DNA of 64,000 nucleotides, from the IMG/VR virus record IMGVR_UViG_3300037486_000467, positions 1 to 64,000 of that record. One strand, written 5' to 3'. A program made the translations under genes and the position numbers. Source of the DNA: a virus. Shown in pieces: positions 60,701-64,000 of this stretch. The notes under the pieces were generated by a model. It was not told where the DNA came from and searched no databases. It was given only the letters and a program-made list of their open reading frames with translations. The number at the start of each line of letters is the position of its first letter. Positions within the stretch are counted from its first letter, which is position 1.

Positions 60701-61344
60701 GTAGTTATTTTTGATTTATCTGGCACCAAAGAAAATTTAATTATTCCACCAGATAAATTGATTAAAGAACTTCCAATAATAGCTAATGCATTAGATATAA
60801 TTTCTGCAGTTTGTGTAGTTTTAAGATTTTTAAACACAGATAAAGAAAATAAGTCTTTAATAAAACCTATTAGCGATGTTTTTGATTTATCTGAAACTTT
60901 TCCAAATTTTATTATACCTAAAGATAATTCAGATAATGAATTAACAATAATAGCTATAGCTTCTGCTGCAGTTTTAGCCGCATCAGTAGATTTTATATCT
61001 TTAAACACAGATTGTGATAACAAATCATGAATAAAATTTACAATTGATTGTTTTAATGTTTTTGGAACTGCAGCAAATGCAGAAATACTTTTTGTTAATT
61101 CTGGCAAAGATGCTGATAAAATTTTAAGAGATTCTGCGGTATCTTTTATTTGACCAGTTGTTTTTTTATCAGTCGCAAATTTATCGAGATCTAATCCTAA
61201 GCCTTTGGTTTTACGCTTTGCATCAGCTGTTTCTACATCAACTGCTCCAGCAGATTTAATACTTTGCTGTACATTTTCTAATTTTGTATCTATTTTCCCA
61301 AGTACGCCTAAAATATCTTTTAATAACTCCGGAGAAGTCTTCAT
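51727..61344 (-). CDS. Tape measure protein (~3200 aa)
   Basis: Very long amphipathic-helical repeat protein with a central hydrophobic Ala/Gly block, downstream of sheath, tube and hub genes; ATG 61344 preferred to TTG 61347. Confidence 0.8.
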   Translation of the reverse strand: MKTSPELLKDILGVLGKIDTKLENVQQSIKSAGAVDVETADAKRKTKGLGLDLDKFATDKKTTGQIKDTAESLKILSASLPELTKSISAFAAVPKTLKQSIVNFIHDLLSQSVFKDIKSTDAAKTAAEAIAIIVNSLSELSLGIIKFGKVSDKSKTSLIGFIKDLFSLSVFKNLKTTQTAEIISNALAIIGSSLINLSGGIIKFSLVPDKSKITTLNFINDLLSLSVFKNMSSTLAAKTTAEAIEIIGNSLSKLTNGITIIDSIPNKAKVSFIDFIQNLFSLSIFDKASSITAAKQLESSLLIVGDSLPTFAKKLVEFELTTKNIKKTTTDFIKELFSLSLFKDKNIIEVAKKISSAFDELGNVLFQLTEKLSSFSSISPDIYKSAKTTIDFIESLFTLSIFKNIKLNDAKQLNKSLFIISDSLLLFAKNLTQIDLVPEAVFNSAKTVVGFIQDLFSLSLFKNEKLGVTPKNLSKELNIITDTLLQFTERIAKFDILPAITYKAVKTTANFIEDLFSMSMFNTNKSIDNIKQTDKSLFAILNILTSFTGKISKIGSIPEGIYASAKTILNFIQDIFSLSLFDKFKSVDIIKQLDKSLSVIIDSISVFTNKLIKLNIIPENVYKSAKTTVDFIQDLFSLSMFDKTTSINTIKQLDKSLSTIVDSLISFTGKLPKIGNISDNIYASAKTTLNFIEDIFSLSLFDKFKSADIIKQLDKSLSIVGDLLLTFTGKLMKLNAIPEYTYASAKTTVDFIQDLFSLSLFNNIKSINTLKEFEKSLLIIIDSLLTFTGKLAKIGSVPENIYSSAKTALNFMQDIFSLSLFDKFKSPNLLKELDKSLYIIVNSLLSFTEKLPKIGAIPENVYRSAKTTVDFIQDLFSLSIFNNIKSLDNIKQLEKSLSIIGYTLSAFTEKLGKFKIIPEPVYRSAKTTVDFIQDLFSLSLFDNIKSFDDVKDLDKNLSIIVNMLSAFTEKLGKFKVIPDAIYKSAKSTAAFVQDLFSLSIFKDVKSLGSVKDLDKNLSIIVNMLSTFTGKLLKIGVVPENIYTSATSTINFIESLFSSLFNNLKSVDSAKQLEKSLSIIGNSLISFSGQTAKFEAISKSGKSIKQFIQNILSVFQDTKTIDNAKNLSETLKVIGDSFPSLLQTIKKFELISDKSKESLKNFIQDFFSLSIFKDVKFAEVVKATGESVAIIGNYLSEFFGKISTFSVSDKSKKQISDFINEFFSLSIFKDTKLIETAKTTLESMNVVGDSLSGFFTKINSVEIIADKSKKISEFIKELFSLSSFTKNKSTEIANEIDKSLIIIGTSITKLIDVISGIKSVPTEMIQSITVMGSSLSEFFTKLSSFDSISDKTKKSLNSFIQDLFSLPIFKDTKFIETTKTTVESINEVGDSLSKFFTKISEFNIAAEKPKQISEFIKELFNLSSGKLKSADAAKELEKTLAIIGDSVSKLVNQISGVDSIPEETVKSITNFAKSLTELSTIKDVDITDATKQLSINLSTIIKTLNKFSTELKDFDVTKDLKKLSLIGKSLKALNANVESISVDKKTTTSLTDTSEAIKNLSSVLGPLSGGLLKFGLIPKGFKTSLITFVKDLLSLSEHKGKDAGKAARTAAEGMGIIAGALPNLGAGLIKFGLIPKMFKTLLISFIKELLSLSTYKGKKSNEAAKIAAESMGIIVNVLPNLAGGVLKFGLIPKVFKTSLISFIRELISLSEYKGKKSSDASKIAAESMGIIATALPKLSSGLIKFGLIPGAFKTSLLSFIKKLYDLSKHEGKIATLTAKIVAESMGIIADALPKLSKGLIFFGVIPTAFKNSIIDFMDRLAKLSKLSPEVMITAGLLVALGEALPKLAKGVLRFGIVSSTGLLTATTVGLTALLGVVGAAGVAAPVLLAGATVIAAVGVAFIGIGKVLSGIAKVMLAFAGSIAILVTTIYVASAIFKVEPRQVMGTIVGSLAILAGGFAMIGMLAVPIALGSAAIAMMGVGIGIVAIGLLAMIGSYTLMNIMTGSPEKTRQALLISMGAIGLMGLLFAGLGIISIPLFLGALVAKPMAKGILWLTGGLLALGSTYALLDKVFKIDVGKMLLTTAKGIALLGLTLAALGLAAIPIAKGALVLIAMSFSLGAFALVSMGIGAIINKMGGKDGVNTMTENISLLLSGVLQGIISGISIGVLGEKGDRPEGFFGKVGKVIKNVDILIASIGLLGGVSLALILFATSLKAFTKAGVVKTITGHDAKGNPIFGPEIDVVSAGTNIAKSIGSFFTTLIETFKNPEIIPSAVKMAAVSQLLMGNAGPKLLGIKLHSSGTPGIIDALTKFTELITVYSKINQLPIYEIVDGEAKITEYVTPAYIAGTIAGTVSSFFSSLIETFGEKNTVMPSAAKMAVISQLLMGNAGPKLLGIRVYSTGTPGIIDALTKFAEMLTIFSKVNQIPVYAVDDKGNIKVSGYVDPGTVATNIATTISSFFTGLSGIRSKLTSMDDIWVITQALLGVKGPRFLGMRTTKTVEYPGLIDALTKFADLLSIFNKADHLPVYNIEDGKPVVKSYISTVDIAKNISNSVSKFFTGLTSIALPSNSEITNITHALLGTKISRRLIRKGVPDDPGLVDALSQFADLLSTFSKATVIPVYDINAEGKTKIKQYVEPEKIALNITSAISKFFQGLKGIKIPSNYEIINITHALLGTEISRRLIRKGVPDDPGLVDALSQFAKMISMYGKINQMPVYEVDDKGKPKIISYTDPATIATTIANSISGFFRELTTKIYTPDTENVERIAQSLLGSKISQRLVRKGKLNDKPGIIDALSKFADLLTKFSKIQSIPIFEGVDANGNTKVAGYASPIGAATKIVTALSSFFTTLTTLFKNTAVIPSDKKIGEISQILLGTSARKFLGIRIAEKPGIIDALTKFANLLSLFAEKDKIPVYDVDEKGKIKKGTSISPKTVAEHIVKALSLFFTEFKNQQSTLETLSNDTTVNIAQLLLGQQAPRLFGKFKLPWKQDKPGLIEPILKFAEVLGQYADITSAGFPVTDENGKITHKPIDKIVKGLTNGISMFMTEINKAFSVDLASGGETDKAKRKTIDQNLKSFDDVISKLNSFSTNLSGVDKLSKSLGDLATNLGLLVSNMGALDVKNLEKLVNSGAFKNMPSSGGPAGGYNSLDANLVKLSAATTQLATAAEAFTKLNAGKPDEQLAPITGLPQGTFQFRFFGTDNGTITFGK
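58200..60200 (-). repeat. 120-nt (40-aa) tandem repeats in the tape measure gene
   Basis: AAAATAAATCTTGTATAAAATCTACTGTAGTTTTAGCAGAT-type blocks recur in register every few 60-nt lines; protein unit SAKTTVDFIQDLFSLS.F...KS....K.L.KSL.I; exact period read by eye. Confidence 0.6.
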
Positions 61345-61384
61345 CAATATAATGTAAATTTATTTTATATATCTCTACAAAATA

Positions 61385-61407
61385 AAAAAAGACTCTTTCG
61401 AGTCTTT
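61385..61407 (-). terminator. Intrinsic terminator
   Basis: Minus strand AAAGACTC-GAAA-GAGTCTTT-TTTT. Confidence 0.75.
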
Positions 61408-61654
61408 AGTATTTAGGCATTTGAAATTTTGGCATTTCAAATTTTGGTTGTTTAAAGTCTCCCATATTTGGAGGCTTAAATGATTTATCAGTAGCTTTTT
61501 GTTGTTTCTCGTATTCTTTATTTTCTTTTTGCACGTGCTCTTCATATTCTTTTATAAGATATTGAATTCTATAGAATTCTAATCTTTCAAGTTCTGACGG
61601 AGGAATATGTAGTTTAAACGCAAAAATAAATTCAATCTTATTCCAATTGTCCAA
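61406..61654 (-). CDS. Small baseplate hub/tail assembly protein (T4 gp51-like position and pattern)
   Basis: Lies between the gp26-like gene and tape measure; F.....H....ELE.L.FY....L; only a TTG start. Confidence 0.5.
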   Translation of the reverse strand: MDNWNKIEFIFAFKLHIPPSELERLEFYRIQYLIKEYEEHVQKENKEYEKQQKATDKSFKPPNMGDFKQPKFEMPKFQMPKY

Positions 61655-62582
61655 ATGGATCTGAAATAAGGAAAAGAGATTTAATCCCGCCTTGAAAGTT
61701 TAGAGGAGCTGTTTGCTCCACACCCCCGTCATCAACAAATCTAACAATAGGATTTATTGTATCACTGAAGAGTTTTTTAACATGAACTAACAAGGATATC
61801 ATTTTTATATCCCATTTATGAGAATCTTCTACAAAATGATCGTAACTATCATCAGTTAATCCTCTCCAATTACTAATTACAAAAGGCGCAAATGATAAAT
61901 AATCCTCGTCAATATATTCTTGAGCTCTTTGCTTTCTAATAATATGATTTTTAATCCATTGAGTTACGCCAACGCTTGGAATATCTAATTTAAGAACTCT
62001 TCCACTTTTAAATTTTAATACGAAGCAACGCTCAACTTCATCATAATATTTCATTAATTGAGGATCTAAAGAAATATAGCTTACCATATCTTTAGAAACA
62101 TCTACTTTCTTTGTTTCAGAAATTTTAACCTGTAATTTATTTTCTCCTTCTGCAAATGTTAATTCATGAACTGCTAAAAGAAGATAAAATCTATCTACTT
62201 CTTTTATGTCTTTCCATGATAAGTAACTTTCAGCTCCTGCCTTTATTGTAACACATCTTTCAATGATATAATTAAGCATATCATCTAATGCTGAAAGATC
62301 ATCTTCTTGCAATGTAGACCAGTGTCTAATTTCTCCACCAGTAGCCGCACGAATTGCAATTTCAGCATTAGCTGGATAAAATAATCCTCTTGTTGGAAGA
62401 TCGTCTAATGAAAGTTTAATCCAACCAATCATATTTGCTAAAGGTCTCGGAGTTTTTTCCCATGGTTTAGGCCCAGGAACATCAATTATATCAGGCCCTA
62501 TTTGAGAAGTTTTAGGAACAGTAAGTTCTTCTTTTTCAACGTAATCTTTAAGAATTTCTTCATTCTCGGTTTTTGCTGCCAT
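61638..62582 (-). CDS. T4 gp26-like baseplate hub/tail assembly chaperone
   Basis: LPTRGLFYP, IRAATGGE, EVDRFYLLLAVHELTF; synteny. Confidence 0.6.
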   Translation of the reverse strand: MAAKTENEEILKDYVEKEELTVPKTSQIGPDIIDVPGPKPWEKTPRPLANMIGWIKLSLDDLPTRGLFYPANAEIAIRAATGGEIRHWSTLQEDDLSALDDMLNYIIERCVTIKAGAESYLSWKDIKEVDRFYLLLAVHELTFAEGENKLQVKISETKKVDVSKDMVSYISLDPQLMKYYDEVERCFVLKFKSGRVLKLDIPSVGVTQWIKNHIIRKQRAQEYIDEDYLSFAPFVISNWRGLTDDSYDHFVEDSHKWDIKMISLLVHVKKLFSDTINPIVRFVDDGGVEQTAPLNFQGGIKSLFLISDPFGQLE

Positions 62583-62651
62583 ATTTTTTAAATTTTAATA
62601 TTATTTATATTCTATATATCATAATATACACAAAAACCGAAAAAGTTTCAT

Positions 62652-62678
62652 AAAAAAAGGAGAAATTTCTCCTTTTTT
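62652..62678 (-). terminator. Palindromic (potentially bidirectional) terminator
   Basis: AAAAAAAGGAGAAATTTCTCCTTTTTT. Confidence 0.75.
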
Positions 62679-63042
62679 ATCTTTGCGTTAAAAGTTTAAA
62701 TGTTTCAATAAATTTTTGTATGATAGGCTGATATGGATTTTCAGATTTAAATCCTATAGGATTTCTTTTTAAATATGGATGCATATTTAAAGTAGTCTTA
62801 AATATTTGAGCAGCTATTACGGGAGCCTGAGGAATAAACTCTATTAATTGTGAAACATAGTCATCAAATTCTTCAGGAGATAATTTAATTGTAGAAGGAG
62901 GAACCATATTAGAAAAATCGTTATGCGTTTCTTCGCTTTCTTGATCTTCTTGCGGAGATGAATACGCAATATCATAATTTTCTAATCCGGTATCGCTAGA
63001 CTCCCAATATTCATTTAAATTTTCCGAAACAAGCTTTTTCAT
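62677..63042 (-). CDS. Hypothetical protein with leader-like N-terminus MKKLVSENLNE
   Basis: Own promoter-like motif and terminator; leader resembles the array leader. Confidence 0.7.
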   Translation of the reverse strand: MKKLVSENLNEYWESSDTGLENYDIAYSSPQEDQESEETHNDFSNMVPPSTIKLSPEEFDDYVSQLIEFIPQAPVIAAQIFKTTLNMHPYLKRNPIGFKSENPYQPIIQKFIETFKLLTQR

Positions 63043-63065
63043 ATTTAATAACTTACTTTATATAT

Positions 63066-63097
63066 AAATAAGGGGATAAAGATTTATCCCCTTATTT
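63066..63097 (-). terminator. Hairpin terminator after the tail tube gene
   Basis: AAATAAGGGGATAAA-GA-TTTATCCCCTTATTT. Confidence 0.75.
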
Positions 63098-63112
63098 GAT
63101 TAAAGATAATAA

Positions 63113-63709
63113 TTAAACAATTGTTTCGTCCCAGTAATCAACAGCTATAGTGAATCCTGTTATCTTATAGTTATCAGTAGACTGATAATCCATAGGAACT
63201 TCAGGCATAGGAGTCATTGGGAATACATCGTAACATTTCCACTGCCAGAATGGTCTTGCTCCTCTGTCATACATTGTTATCAACATCCATGGTGCAACAT
63301 AATCAGCCTTTAGTCCAGTTCTGCCTGTTAAAGGATCATATGCTAAGTCACACCACTTACGAAGTGTTTTAACTATATATACACTCGGAGTATGATCAAT
63401 GTTAACTTCGAAATCTATTGTTAAGTCCATTGTAGTTGTATCAGGTTTAGCACCTACGAAACGTCTTGCTGCCCATTTGTAATATTGAACCATTGGAGTT
63501 CCTGGATATTTATGTGATACTAATCCACCAATCTTTTGAACATTTTCTAGTAATAGATTAGATCCTTCTTCACTTACACCAATTGATGCAGGAAGTTGGA
63601 ACTGTATTGTGAACATGTTCAAATATACGGGTTCGAACATCTCTTGCGATGCACGAGAATTTCTAAAGTGTGATAAACCAAAGGTACCTTGTGATTTAAA
63701 ATCTGCCAT
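63113..63709 (-). CDS. Tail tube protein (T4 gp19-like)
   Basis: EPVYLNMF, R.F.G, LTIDF, LRKWCDL..D..TG, W....VFP, F..DYW; directly after the sheath gene. Confidence 0.82.
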   Translation of the reverse strand: MADFKSQGTFGLSHFRNSRASQEMFEPVYLNMFTIQFQLPASIGVSEEGSNLLLENVQKIGGLVSHKYPGTPMVQYYKWAARRFVGAKPDTTTMDLTIDFEVNIDHTPSVYIVKTLRKWCDLAYDPLTGRTGLKADYVAPWMLITMYDRGARPFWQWKCYDVFPMTPMPEVPMDYQSTDNYKITGFTIAVDYWDETIV

Positions 63710-63749
63710 ATCGTTTTATTTATTTTATTTTTATTATTTTTATTATTTA

Positions 63750-64000
63750 TTAGAATACAAATCCACCAGTACTGATACCTGAATTGCTATTAACAGTAAT
63801 TCTATTAACAATCTTAGTAAGACCGTACATAATCCAAACGTTAATATCAATTATTCCAAATCCTTCTGCTATTAATTCTGGAGGGTTATTGGTTTCATCC
63901 ATAACTACTTCGTATTTTGTTAATGCTCCAGCATCTTTCATTGTTTCAAGAATAGGAGTTATTGAGTTAAGGATATTTAATCTGGTAACAGGATTGTTGA
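63750..64000 (-). CDS. Tail sheath protein C-terminus (partial; T4 gp18-like)
   Basis: Frame open to the window edge: NNPVTRLNILNSITPILETMKDAGALTKYEVVMDETNNPPELI...IIDI. Confidence 0.85.
   Translation of the reverse strand, partial: NNPVTRLNILNSITPILETMKDAGALTKYEVVMDETNNPPELIAEGFGIIDINVWIMYGLTKIVNRITVNSNSGISTGGFVF

Noticed and set aside
54554-61030. Long plus-strand ORFs (e.g. 54554..56386, 610 aa)
   Set aside because: Antisense shadows of the tape measure gene caused by its codon bias; no independent motifs or expression signals
1-64000. Stop-codon reassignment (TAG or TGA read-through), as in some large phages
   Set aside because: Code 11 gives near-complete coding density with intact core genes; TGA and TAG stops fall directly before or inside the next start

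Overview
AT-rich (roughly 25-30% GC by spot counts), gene-dense segment of a large T4-like (jumbo/huge) myophage genome read in the standard bacterial code. The host is probably Bacteroidota: a cargo gene carries a T9SS C-terminal sorting domain, and starts are A-rich with no Shine-Dalgarno motifs. Recognisable core genes are gp15-like tail terminator, gp55-like late sigma, gp4 head-completion nuclease, gp2 DNA end protector, gp20 portal, tape measure, gp26/gp51-like hub proteins, gp19 tube and the C-terminus of gp18 sheath. Also present are a DinG-type helicase, thymidylate kinase, ECF sigma, PD-(D/E)XK nuclease, GH24 lysozyme and a MoxR-AAA/VWA-metallopeptidase pair. Two things stand out. 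(1) A ~22.7-kb array of 28 genes, plus 2 outliers, is built from ~58 copies (hand count) of one 18-25-aa tag, MKLV(K/R)EH-[ILV]xE-KFTxDSDPIxD(M/L)GIG, each fused to a different ~90-200-aa domain. The first 10 residues match the T4 internal-protein capsid-targeting sequence at M1, K2, E6, I8 and E10, and every internal copy sits behind an [ILV]-x-E prohead-protease-like site. This suggests a shuffled, polyprotein-based arsenal of capsid-packaged, injected effectors. (2) There is a circularly permuted (two-piece) tmRNA gene. All functional assignments come from motif recognition by eye; no searches were run.
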